Made by a program: the position numbers and the translations under genes. This document shows, one piece after another, positions 55,946 through 64,000 of a DNA stretch of 64,000 bases. The notes under the pieces were generated by a model. That model was not told the DNA's origin. It saw nothing but the letters and a program-made list of their open reading frames with translations, and did no database searches. The stretch's first letter is position 1. Each line of letters begins with the position of its first letter. Source of the stretch: an uncultured Planctomycetia bacterium (lineage in GTDB: Bacteria; Omnitrophota; Gorgyraeia; 2-01-FULL-45-10); assembly GCA_964352425.1 (NCBI GenBank), contig CAYGRZ010000003.1:21077-85076 (forward strand). Direction: 5' to 3'.

Positions 55946-57202
55946 TTAATGTTTGTTGATGACCACGCCGGAAATCGGCTTCGGGTAAAAGTACGTCGCC
56001 TTCCTCGGCATCTTCTCGCCCAGCCTCGCGATCCGCTTGACCTCCGCGACCTTCGTCGGGTTGAGAAAAAAGGCGCACGTGAACTTCCCCGTATCGACAG
56101 AAGAGGCCGCCTCCCGCGGGCTCTTGACAAATTCGATATTATCGTCGTCGTCGGCTATCCCCAAGACATGCTGAAATATAAAGAGATGGAGTATCGACAC
56201 GTCGAGCCTCCTCCAGGCCTTCGGCTTGTGCCTGATCGCCGCATCGACCGCTTTTATGTCTTTCAATATGAGGACATAGAACCCGCCTTTTCCGAGACAC
56301 ATACCGAACGCGTGCTTATCGCGCAGCCTGCCCAGCTTCGCCATCACGGCTTTTACGCCTGAGGCCTTCTCGATCCGGAACCATTTTTCGAGGCGGCTCC
56401 TGATCTCCTCTTTCGTAAGGCCTCCCGTATCGATGACGAGCCTGTGCGCGGGAAGGACGGTGAGCATCTTCTCGTTCGATTCGACAAAATATACCATCAC
56501 GTATTTCGAGCCCTCGCCGGGGGCCTCGCGCGAATACATCCGGGAGACCTCGAAACGGTGGTGGCCGTCGGCGATGAACGTGTCCTTGCTCGCCATCAGG
56601 CGCGCCACCTTCCTGATATCGGCCTCGGCGTCCATCCTCCAGGCCCTGTTCCTGGCCCCTTCGAAGACGACATCGATGAAAGGCCTCTTCCGGGCGGCCG
56701 TTTTTTTGAGCATGCCGAGGATCGCGTGGGAGGCGTCATCGTAGAGGACAAATATCGGGCTTAAGTTCGCCTTCACCTCGCGCATCAGGTTGAGCCGGTC
56801 GGTCTTCGGCGCCAGAAGCGTGTTCTCGTGCGGGAGGACCGACTTACCCTTCGGTTCAACTTCCATCAGACCGATGAACCCTATCCGCTCGACGTCCTTA
56901 CCGCCGGCCTTGTATTTCTGGGAATAGACGTATATCGCCGGCTTTCCGTCCTGTACCATCACGCCGCTCTTCAGCCACGCGTCGAACAGTTTCCCGGCGC
57001 GCGTGTACCTGTTGTCGCGGGCATTATCGGACTGAGTTTTCTTGTTCAGCTCGATCCTCACAAAATTATACGGGCTTGCGCGGTAGAGCCGGTCCTGCAT
57101 ATTCTTCGGGATGATATCGTAGGGCGGGGCGACGACGGGTGCCAGGTTCTTTATCTTTTTTTGGTTATACACTACTCCTTTGAACGGCCTTATCTGCGGC
57201 AA
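55946..57202 (-). CDS. DUF1015 domain-containing protein
   Basis: 418 aa. The N-terminus MPQIRPFKGVVYNQ...VAPPYDIIP matches the conserved DUF1015 opening. Confidence 0.6.
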   Translation of the reverse strand: MPQIRPFKGVVYNQKKIKNLAPVVAPPYDIIPKNMQDRLYRASPYNFVRIELNKKTQSDNARDNRYTRAGKLFDAWLKSGVMVQDGKPAIYVYSQKYKAGGKDVERIGFIGLMEVEPKGKSVLPHENTLLAPKTDRLNLMREVKANLSPIFVLYDDASHAILGMLKKTAARKRPFIDVVFEGARNRAWRMDAEADIRKVARLMASKDTFIADGHHRFEVSRMYSREAPGEGSKYVMVYFVESNEKMLTVLPAHRLVIDTGGLTKEEIRSRLEKWFRIEKASGVKAVMAKLGRLRDKHAFGMCLGKGGFYVLILKDIKAVDAAIRHKPKAWRRLDVSILHLFIFQHVLGIADDDDNIEFVKSPREAASSVDTGKFTCAFFLNPTKVAEVKRIARLGEKMPRKATYFYPKPISGVVINKH

Positions 57203-57204
57203 GG

Positions 57205-57612
57205 CTACCCCCTTCTCCCTTTGCTGTCACCGATGTAAAGAAATATGCCCGCAAGCGAGCCGGCGCAATCTGCGAGATAATCGAAGAGGTCGCACGACCT
57301 GCCCGGGACTGCGCGCTGATACAATTCATCAATGGCGCCGTAGCACAATGCTATGATTATAGCCAAAATCGATAATTTTGCAAGACCGACGTTAAAATCG
57401 CTCTTGTTGATCACGAGCGCAGCCGAGTGATCAAAGGCTCTGATCAGCAAAACACCGAGGACAAAGTACTCGACCAGGTGGAAGATCTTGTCGGCGTGGG
57501 GTATCCCTACACTCGGCAGGTCCTGGCCCGGGGTCGCGGAGAAATTGTGTATGACGAGGACCCAGGCGATGAGCGGCACCCAGAATATGAGTATCGTCCT
57601 TAAGGGCCTCAC
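57205..57612 (-). CDS. VanZ family membrane protein
   Basis: 135 aa, 4 TM helices, and a VanZ-like motif HADKIFHLVEYFVLG. Confidence 0.55.
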   Translation of the reverse strand: MRPLRTILIFWVPLIAWVLVIHNFSATPGQDLPSVGIPHADKIFHLVEYFVLGVLLIRAFDHSAALVINKSDFNVGLAKLSILAIIIALCYGAIDELYQRAVPGRSCDLFDYLADCAGSLAGIFLYIGDSKGRRG

Positions 57613-57875
57613 GCGCTGTCTTTGCTCTTCGGACAGCCCTTGCAGCCGTCGCTTTTGGAACCCGGGCAGGAATCGCCCGATGCGGGAGGCGACTTCTTCT
57701 TATAATCGGTCTCGTAGAAACCGCTGCCTTTGAAAATGATCCCGCCGCCCGAGCCTATCAGGCGGTGCACGGTGCCGCCGCACTTCGGGCAGGCTTTAAG
57801 CAGCTCGTCTGTCATCTTCTGGAATTGTTCGAACCGGTCGCCGCATGTATCGCACTGGTAGTCGTAGGTGGGCAT
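57609..57875 (-). CDS. FmdB family zinc-ribbon protein
   Basis: 88 aa. MPTYDYQCDTCGDRFE...CPKCGG is a canonical FmdB putative regulatory zinc ribbon. Confidence 0.7.
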   Translation of the reverse strand: MPTYDYQCDTCGDRFEQFQKMTDELLKACPKCGGTVHRLIGSGGGIIFKGSGFYETDYKKKSPPASGDSCPGSKSDGCKGCPKSKDSA

Positions 57876-57905
57876 GTTGTTCTCCTTGCGGACTATTGAC
57901 TAACA

Positions 57906-59072
57906 CTACCGAAACATCCTTCGCATCTTCTCCAGAAATGATCTCGCAAGCGGCCCCGACCCTTCGCCGGATACCCTGGCAAACTCTTTCAGTGTGCGCT
58001 TCTGCTCCGCCGTCAGGTCCGTGGGGACATCGACCTGGACCTTGACGAGCTGGTCGCCCCTGCCCGTATCGTGCAGATGGGTAATACCTTTGTTCCTCAG
58101 CCTGAAGGTCCTGCCGCCCTGCGTACCCGACGGTATCTTCATCATGATCTTGCCTTCGATCGTCGGCACCTCGATCTCGCCGCCGAAGACGGCCGTCGCA
58201 AAACTTATCGGCACTTCGCAGTATATATCGGCGTCGTGCCGCTCGAATATCTCGTGGGCCCTCACGTATATCAGGATGTAAAGGTCTCCGCGCCGGGCGC
58301 CGCGCTCGCCGGCCTCTCCCTCGCCGTGGATCCTGAGCCGCGAGCCCGAATCGACGCCCGCGGGGATCTTCACCTTGATGTTGCGCTTCGTCTTGACCCG
58401 CCCCCTGCCGCCGCACCCGGGGCACGGCGTCTTTACTACCGTCCCTTCGCCGCCGCACGTCCCGCACGTCTGGATCAGGTTGAAGAACCCGCTCGACGCG
58501 CTCACCTGCCCGCGGCCGCCGCAGTCCGGGCAACGCTCGCGCTTTGAGCCTGCCTTCGCGCCCGTGCCGCCGCACTGCTCGCACGTCTCGTAACGCGGTA
58601 TCGATATCGTCTTCTCGGTGCCGAACGCGGCGTCCTCAAAGCTTATCTCCATTTGGAACTCGAGGTCCGAGCCGCGCCGGCCCCCCGCGCGCCGGCCGCT
58701 GCCATAGGACTCGCCGAAAATATCCCCGCCTACGCCGAACCCCCTGAAGAGGTCGCTTACGTCGATCCCGCCGAATATGTCTTTAAGGTCATCGAAGTGG
58801 TGGAAGTCCTGCCAGCTGAACCCGCCCTGCTTAAACTGGTTCTCGACGCCGGCGTGGCCGTACTGGTCGTAGTTCTGGCGCTTCTGCGGGTCGATCAGGA
58901 CCTCATACGCCTCGGACATCTCCTTGAACTTCTCCTCCGCCTCTTTCTTCTTATCGGCGGAGACCCTGTCAGGATGGTATTTGAGCGCAAGGTTCCGGTA
59001 GGCTTTCTTCACCCCGTCGGCGCCCGCGGTCTTCGCAATGCCGAGGACCTCGTAATAGTCGCGTTTTGACAT
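57906..59072 (-). CDS. dnaJ: Molecular chaperone DnaJ
   Basis: 388 aa. J-domain (YYEVLGI...YHPDR), G/F region and four CxxCxGxG repeats. 1-nt stop/start overlap with dnaK. Confidence 0.9.
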   Translation of the reverse strand: MSKRDYYEVLGIAKTAGADGVKKAYRNLALKYHPDRVSADKKKEAEEKFKEMSEAYEVLIDPQKRQNYDQYGHAGVENQFKQGGFSWQDFHHFDDLKDIFGGIDVSDLFRGFGVGGDIFGESYGSGRRAGGRRGSDLEFQMEISFEDAAFGTEKTISIPRYETCEQCGGTGAKAGSKRERCPDCGGRGQVSASSGFFNLIQTCGTCGGEGTVVKTPCPGCGGRGRVKTKRNIKVKIPAGVDSGSRLRIHGEGEAGERGARRGDLYILIYVRAHEIFERHDADIYCEVPISFATAVFGGEIEVPTIEGKIMMKIPSGTQGGRTFRLRNKGITHLHDTGRGDQLVKVQVDVPTDLTAEQKRTLKEFARVSGEGSGPLARSFLEKMRRMFR

Positions 59073-61009
59073 TATTTCTTCTTTTTCTTTCCGTCCTCAT
59101 CCTCGGCCGTATACTCAGCGTCGATGATATCCTCTTTCTTGCCGCCGGCTGCCTGCTGTTCGGGCCCTGCCTCTTCGCGCGGCCCTTCCTGCCGCGCTCC
59201 CGCCCCGGGCGGCGCCCCGGCCTTCGAATCGCCGGCTGTCTTTTTGTAGATCTCTTCGGCGAGCTTGTGCGACACCTTGGTAAGCTCATCCATGCCGCGC
59301 TTGACGCTGGCGATATTCTTATCCTTCATCGCCTGCTTCAGGTCGTTGATCCTCGACTCTATTTCAGCCCGCTCGCCCTGGCCGACCTTCTCGCCGAACT
59401 CCTTGAGCGATTTTTCGGTCGCGTAGACCAGCGAATCCGCCTGGTTTATCGTCTCGATCTCTTCCTTCTTCTTCGTGTCCTCGGTCGCGAACTTCTCGGC
59501 CTCCTTGACCATCTTGTTTATCTCTTCCTTCGACAGTTTTCTCGGAGCCGTTATCTTTATCGACTGCTCTTTTCCGGTGCCGAGATCCTTGGCGGAGACG
59601 TGGACGATGCCGTTGACGTCTATGTCGAACGTCACCTCCACCTGCGGGACGCCTCTCGAGGCCGGCGGTATGCCGATCAGGTCGAACCTGCCCAGCTCCA
59701 CGTTGCCTTCGGCATCCGCCATCGGGCGCTCGCCCTGGATAACGCGGATCGTGACCGCCGTCTGGTTATCGGCCGCCGTCGAGAATATCTGGCTCTTTCT
59801 CGTCGGGACCGTCGTATTCCTCTCTATCAGTTTCGTATCGACACCGCCGAGCGTCTCTATGCCGAGCGAGAGCGGCGTGACGTCGAGAAGGAGCACTTCT
59901 TTGGTCTCGCCCTTCATGATCGCCGCCTGTATCGCGGCGCCGAGTGCCACGCATTCCATCGGGTCGACGCCGCGCTCTATCTTCTTCCCGACGTAATCTT
60001 CGACGAACTTCTGGACGATCGGCATTCTCGTGGGGCCGCCGACCAGGATCACCTTATCCACGTTCTTGGCCGCGATCTTCGCGTCAGAGAGCGCTTGCTC
60101 GATGGGCCCGCGACAGCGGTCGATGATCGGCCCGATCAGCTCTTCGAGCTTCGAGCGGTTGAGCGACATCGTGAGATGCTTCGGCCCCGTCTGGTCAGCC
60201 GTTATGAACGGGAGGTTCATGTCGGTCGAGAGGGTGCTCGAAAGCTCCACCTTCGCCTTCTCCGCCGCCTCGCGTATGCGCTGCATCGCCATCTTGTCGT
60301 TCTTCAGGTCTATGCCGGTATCCCTCTTGAACTCCTTGGCGATGTAGTCGACGAGCGTGTTATCCATGTCGGTGCCGCCGAGCTGCGTATCGCCCGAGGT
60401 CGACATTACCTCAAACGTCGCCGCCTTATGCTCGTCGTCCCATCCCATCTCGAGTATTGTGACGTCAAGCGTACCGCCGCCGAAGTCGAAGACCATTATC
60501 TTCTGTTCCTTGCCGGCCTTGTCAAGCCCGTATGCCAGGCACGCGGCCGTCGGCTCGTTGATGATCCTTAAGACCTTTAAGCCCGCTATCTCGCCGGCGT
60601 CTTTCGTGGCCTGCCGCTGGTTGTCGTTGAAATACGCCGGGCACGTGATGACGGCCTCGTCGATCTTGTCGCCCAGGTACGCCTCGGCATCCTGCTTTAT
60701 CTTCTGCAGGATAAACGCCGAGATCTGCTGCGGCGTGTACTCTTTCCCGTATACCTTATATGTATGGTCGGTGCCCATCTTTCTCTTTGCCGCGAAGATC
60801 GTGCCCTCGGGATTTATCGAGGCCTGCCTCTTCGCCGGCTCACCGACGAGCCGAGTGCCGTCCTTCGTGAACGCGACAAACGACGGGAACGCCTTGCCGC
60901 TGGCGACCCCGGCGCCCTCTGCCGACGGTATGATGACCGGCCGGCCCGCTTCCATGTACGCCGCGGCGGAATTTGATGTCCCTAAATCAATACCTATGAC
61001 CTTAGCCAT
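59072..61009 (-). CDS. dnaK: Molecular chaperone DnaK (Hsp70)
   Basis: I placed the start at ATG 61007..61009 ([14 protein letters not shown]), preceded by SD AAGGAGG at 61016..61022. Canonical Hsp70 motifs throughout. Confidence 0.95.
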   Translation of the reverse strand: MAKVIGIDLGTSNSAAAYMEAGRPVIIPSAEGAGVASGKAFPSFVAFTKDGTRLVGEPAKRQASINPEGTIFAAKRKMGTDHTYKVYGKEYTPQQISAFILQKIKQDAEAYLGDKIDEAVITCPAYFNDNQRQATKDAGEIAGLKVLRIINEPTAACLAYGLDKAGKEQKIMVFDFGGGTLDVTILEMGWDDEHKAATFEVMSTSGDTQLGGTDMDNTLVDYIAKEFKRDTGIDLKNDKMAMQRIREAAEKAKVELSSTLSTDMNLPFITADQTGPKHLTMSLNRSKLEELIGPIIDRCRGPIEQALSDAKIAAKNVDKVILVGGPTRMPIVQKFVEDYVGKKIERGVDPMECVALGAAIQAAIMKGETKEVLLLDVTPLSLGIETLGGVDTKLIERNTTVPTRKSQIFSTAADNQTAVTIRVIQGERPMADAEGNVELGRFDLIGIPPASRGVPQVEVTFDIDVNGIVHVSAKDLGTGKEQSIKITAPRKLSKEEINKMVKEAEKFATEDTKKKEEIETINQADSLVYATEKSLKEFGEKVGQGERAEIESRINDLKQAMKDKNIASVKRGMDELTKVSHKLAEEIYKKTAGDSKAGAPPGAGARQEGPREEAGPEQQAAGGKKEDIIDAEYTAEDEDGKKKKK

Positions 61010-61022
61010 ACTTAACCTCCTT

Positions 61023-61199
61023 TGTAAAATGTTAAATGTCAAAGCACAAATGACAATTGAAGTCCAAAGATCAAAGTCCTCAGTTCAAAATTAAAGTTTA
61101 GAGTCAAAAGTTTTAAACTTTGGACTGTCACTTTGAACTTTGACTTTTGAACTTTGAACTTGCTTTGTCATTCGAATTTTGTCATTTGTCATTCTGTCT
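61023..61199 (-). repeat. AT-rich intergenic region with dense short repeats (TTCAAAGT / TGTCATT families) between grpE and dnaK
   Basis: On the plus strand: ...tttgaactttgacttttgaactttgaacttgc... and tgtcattcgaattttgtcatttgtcattctgtc. About 35% GC versus about 60% GC in the flanking genes. Confidence 0.5.
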
Positions 61200-61754
61200 T
61201 TAAGGCCTCTTTACTATCCTCACCATCGCCGGCCTGAGAAGCCTCCCGTTAAACCTGTAGCCGGGCTTCAGCTCCGCGACGATAAGCCCATCCTCCCCGT
61301 CTTTCGACTCCTCGGTCTCGATCGCCTCATGCATGTGCGGGTCGAACTTCTCGCCGACCGCCTTGATCCGCTCCAGGCCGATGTCTTTCAGGAACTTCTG
61401 GATCTGGAGCTGTATCATGTCGACGCCTTCCTGCACCGCCTTGAAATCCTTGGCCTGGGCTATGTGCTTTTCGGCCATCTCCAGATTGTCGATGATCGGC
61501 AGGAATTCGATCAGAAGGCCTTCGTTGGCGTACCTGACAAAATCGGTCTTCTCTTTCTCCATGCGCTTGCGCACATTCTCGAACTCGGCGTGGGCCCGCA
61601 CAAACTGGTCGTAGTAACCGTCCCGCTCGTCAGCTTTCGCCTTGAGCGCGTCGTACTCCTGCAGCGGAAGCGTCACGGTCTCACCGGCGGGCTGCTGTGT
61701 GGCCTTCTCGTCCTTGCCGTTACCGCTATCGCTCTTATTGTTCTTATGGGGCAT
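61200..61754 (-). CDS. grpE: Nucleotide exchange factor GrpE
   Basis: 184 aa. The coiled-coil region and C-terminal beta domain (AEFENVRKRMEKEK, LKPGYRFNGRLLRPAMV) match GrpE. Confidence 0.85.
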   Translation of the reverse strand: MPHKNNKSDSGNGKDEKATQQPAGETVTLPLQEYDALKAKADERDGYYDQFVRAHAEFENVRKRMEKEKTDFVRYANEGLLIEFLPIIDNLEMAEKHIAQAKDFKAVQEGVDMIQLQIQKFLKDIGLERIKAVGEKFDPHMHEAIETEESKDGEDGLIVAELKPGYRFNGRLLRPAMVRIVKRP

Positions 61755-61756
61755 CG

Positions 61757-62497
61757 CTATTTGATCTCCAGTTCATCGAGTATGTGCGTCACGGTATCGG
61801 CCAAAAATTCAACGGCCGGGATGACCCTCTCATAGACCATCCTCTTCGGGCCGATCACGCCGAGCCTGCCGGAGACCTTTCCTTTCACCTTATAACCCTT
61901 CGTCACGACACTGCAGTCGGATAAGGAGCTCGTCACATTCTCCTTGCCGATGTGGATGGTAAGCTTATCGCTGTCGAAGTCGTGGCTCAGCAGGCTCAGG
62001 AGGTCGCGCTTCTGTTCGAGGCACCGCAGGAGGGCATGCAATTTCTTCAGGTCATGGAACTCGGGCTGCTCGACGATGTGGCTCGCCCCGTCGAGATAGA
62101 GCCGGTCGTACTGCGCGAACAGCGTCAGCCCGACATAGTTGGTCATGTCCGACATCAGATGCGTGGTGCGCTGCAGGACGTCTTCAAGGGATCGTACCGC
62201 GCAGGAATACTCGTCGTGGACCGACCTGGCAGAGCGCTCATTCAGGTGCTTTAGATGCATCAGTGAGTCGATGAAATAACGGTAGCCGCGGTCGGTAGGG
62301 ATCCTCCCCGCGGAGGTATGCGGCTGCGCGATCAGCCCCATGTCTTCGAGATCGGCCATGACATTACGGATCGTGGCGCTCGAAAGGTCGAGCTTGCGCG
62401 AGATATAACGCGAACCTACCGGCTCCGCCGTCTCGACGTAGTGGCGCACGATCATCCCGAGCACTTCCTGCTGCCGTGTATTGAGCTCTTTTAGCAT
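61757..62497 (-). CDS. hrcA: Heat-inducible transcription repressor HrcA (short form)
   Basis: 246 aa. N-terminal winged HTH LTERQQEVL...VETAEPVGSR and C-terminal ...GVIGPKRMVYERVIPAVEFL match HrcA. Confidence 0.8.
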   Translation of the reverse strand: MLKELNTRQQEVLGMIVRHYVETAEPVGSRYISRKLDLSSATIRNVMADLEDMGLIAQPHTSAGRIPTDRGYRYFIDSLMHLKHLNERSARSVHDEYSCAVRSLEDVLQRTTHLMSDMTNYVGLTLFAQYDRLYLDGASHIVEQPEFHDLKKLHALLRCLEQKRDLLSLLSHDFDSDKLTIHIGKENVTSSLSDCSVVTKGYKVKGKVSGRLGVIGPKRMVYERVIPAVEFLADTVTHILDELEIK

Positions 62498-62519
62498 CGC
62501 AACCCTCTTCTTGCCTCTA

Positions 62520-62546
62520 TTGGCACTCTACATATTTGAGTGCTAA
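62520..62546 (-). promoter_or_regulatory. CIRCE operator (HrcA binding site) upstream of hrcA
   Basis: tTGGCACTC-tacatattt-GAGTGCTAA is a 9-N9-9 inverted repeat matching the CIRCE consensus TTAGCACTC-N9-GAGTGCTAA. It lies 23 nt upstream of the hrcA start. Confidence 0.7.
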
Positions 62547-63039
62547 TTGTCAAGGAAATTGTGAAATTTTTACTCGATTCTCAGGGCGGCGCCTACTTTT
62601 GTGCTTGCCTTCCGCTTGTTCGGCTTTACTTAAGGGCGTTTACTTTCGGAAGGTGCCTTCGCTTGCCGCTCACTTCGATTAGGCATCTCGTTCGCTGTCG
62701 CTGCGGCACGCATCCGAAAGTTCCGCCACTCTATGAAAGCCGAACAATCTTCGGCTACTTCTTGGATGGCGGCACGTATGCACGCCGCCCGCATCCCACC
62801 AAGCCCGGAGGCCTGGGTGCTAAAGCGGGGCCTAAAAATTGCGAGCGGGCATGGATCCGCCGAAGCCAATCTCTCACCTACACATGCAACGGCGAAGGCG
62901 GAGAGCGAGCAATTTTTCCGGAGTGTGGGTTTCCACGCCGGGGAGAACCACACGTCCCCGCGAGGCGCCCAGGCCGCAAGGGCTTGCTCAACAAGCGAAG
63001 GCGACAGCACAAGTGCCGCCTTACTCGAGAGCTAAATAC

Positions 63040-64000
63040 TTACACGCTCTTCTCGAGCATCTCTTTGAGGCGGAGCGGGACTTCGGCTTCGATATAGAGC
63101 CAGTCGCCCTCATACTCCTGCCTGCGGATAAAGCCGTTCTCGTGGATAAGATTGAGCGTCCTGGCGTCACCGGCGGGTATCTTGATAGTGATGATGGCCG
63201 TCGTGCCCTCCATGTGGCGCAGGATGCGCGCTATCAGCGTGTCGAACCCCTGCCTCTTGAGCGCCGATATCGCTATCGCGTCATTGAAATGGCCTTTGAG
63301 GCGCTCGACCGCTTCGCCCGCCTGGACCTTATCTATCTTGTTCAACGCGGTGATCACCGGCTTGTCGCTGGCGCCTATCTGGCCGAGCACGTCAAAGACG
63401 GCCGAGGCCTGCTCGAGGGCCTTCGGGTGGCTCGCGTCGACCAGGTGCAGGAGCACGTCCGCCTCGACGACCTCCTCGAGCGTCGCCTTGAACGCCTCGA
63501 CGAGGTGGTGCGGCAGCTCCTTGATAAACCCGACCGTATCGACGAAGAGGACCTTCTGGTTGTTTGGCATTACGAACTTTCTCACGGTCGGGTCGAGCGT
63601 CGCAAACAGCTTGTCACGGACGATGACGTCCGAATCGGTAAGCGCGTTTAAGAGCGTCGACTTGCCGACGTTCGTATACCCGATCAGAGCGACCGTAAGG
63701 ACTGAAAAACGCGACCGCTTCTTGCGCATCATCGCGCGGCGGCCTTCGAGGTCCCGGAGGCCCTTCTTCAGGAGCGTTATCCTGTCGCGTATACGGCGCC
63801 TGTCGACCTCGAGCTTCTGTTCCCCGGGGCCGCTCGTCCCGATGCCGCCGCCCGGCCTCGACATCATCACGCCCTTGCCGGTCAGCCGCGGCAGCAGGTA
63901 GCTGAGCTGTGCAAGCTCCACCTGCAGCTTGCCTTCATTTGAATGGGCGCGCCGCGCGAAGATTTGAAGGATGAGCTGCGTCCTGTCGACCGTCTTGACG
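63040..64000 (-). CDS. hflX: GTPase HflX (3' portion; the gene continues beyond the window end)
   Basis: G1 motif [15 protein letters not shown] and G3 DTVGF. Translating the minus strand to the window edge gives ...[34 protein letters not shown] with no stop. The track's start at 63921 is an internal GTG. Confidence 0.8.
   Translation of the reverse strand, partial: VKTVDRTQLILQIFARRAHSNEGKLQVELAQLSYLLPRLTGKGVMMSRPGGGIGTSGPGEQKLEVDRRRIRDRITLLKKGLRDLEGRRAMMRKKRSRFSVLTVALIGYTNVGKSTLLNALTDSDVIVRDKLFATLDPTVRKFVMPNNQKVLFVDTVGFIKELPHHLVEAFKATLEEVVEADVLLHLVDASHPKALEQASAVFDVLGQIGASDKPVITALNKIDKVQAGEAVERLKGHFNDAIAISALKRQGFDTLIARILRHMEGTTAIITIKIPAGDARTLNLIHENGFIRRQEYEGDWLYIEAEVPLRLKEMLEKSV

Noticed and set aside
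59066-60571. 501-aa plus-strand ORF antisense to dnaK. Similar long plus-strand ORFs are at 51488..52537, 47645..48562, 23595..24377, 37260..38201 and 52350..53225
   Set aside because: They are Arg/Leu/Asp-rich low-complexity translations with no motifs. They are the usual antisense open frames in roughly 60% GC DNA opposite strongly supported minus-strand genes (dnaK, the ABC ATPase, lptD, wecB, the epimerases, accD).
62547-63039. Attempt to identify the GC-rich non-coding region as RNase P RNA, tmRNA, SRP RNA or a cobalamin riboswitch
   Set aside because: By eye I could not find the P4 GGAAAGUCCGG / ACAGAACCCGGCUUA motifs, the tmRNA tRNA-like ends with tag ORF, or a B12 box on either strand. 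I left it as an unassigned candidate without naming a family.

Overview
This 64 kb window is coded entirely on the minus strand and splits into two parts. GC content was judged by eye, not computed. Positions 1 to about 46,200 hold a very large surface-glycan (O-antigen or capsule-like) biosynthesis locus with mosaic GC content (about 32-45% in some blocks, about 60% in others). The glycan locus contains two Wzx-type flippases, a Wzy/O-antigen-ligase-like protein, GT2, GT4 and GT-C glycosyltransferases, dTDP-rhamnose genes (rmlABCD), Ugd, a UDP-xylose-synthase-like decarboxylase and several SDR epimerases. It also has a full WbpA/B/E/D/I-like enzyme set for a 2,3-diacetamido uronic acid, two DegT aminotransferases, an MBOAT plus SGNH-like O-acetylation pair, two polysaccharide deacetylases and a NodU/CmcH carbamoyltransferase. 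Most unusually, it carries six class I SAM methyltransferases and three B12-binding (class B) radical SAM enzymes, two of them directly paired with methyltransferases. The WbpA/WecC-like nucleotide-sugar dehydrogenase is interrupted exactly at its catalytic Cys by a 488-aa LAGLIDADG intein. Several structured intergenic repeats sit inside the locus: a perfect 25-bp palindrome with flanking direct repeats between rmlA and rmlC, a tandem 40-nt hairpin repeat, a 14-bp inverted repeat that would sequester a ribosome-binding site, and an in-frame 21-nt repeat inside rmlD. The right part (about 46,350 to 64,000, roughly 60% GC) is housekeeping. It encodes LptD (so a diderm organism), two GAF-GGDEF diguanylate cyclases, an orphan MalK-like ABC ATPase, AccD, a stand-alone corrinoid-binding protein, AsnB, a DUF1015 protein, VanZ and FmdB. 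It ends with dnaJ, dnaK, grpE and hrcA with a CIRCE operator, an unexplained roughly 490-nt GC-rich non-coding region, and the 3' part of hflX. The supplied ORF track translates GTG/TTG starts as M, so I adjusted several starts to ATG codons that form ATGA stop/start overlaps. All plus-strand ORFs look like antisense shadows. Annotation is from sequence motifs only; I ran no database searches.
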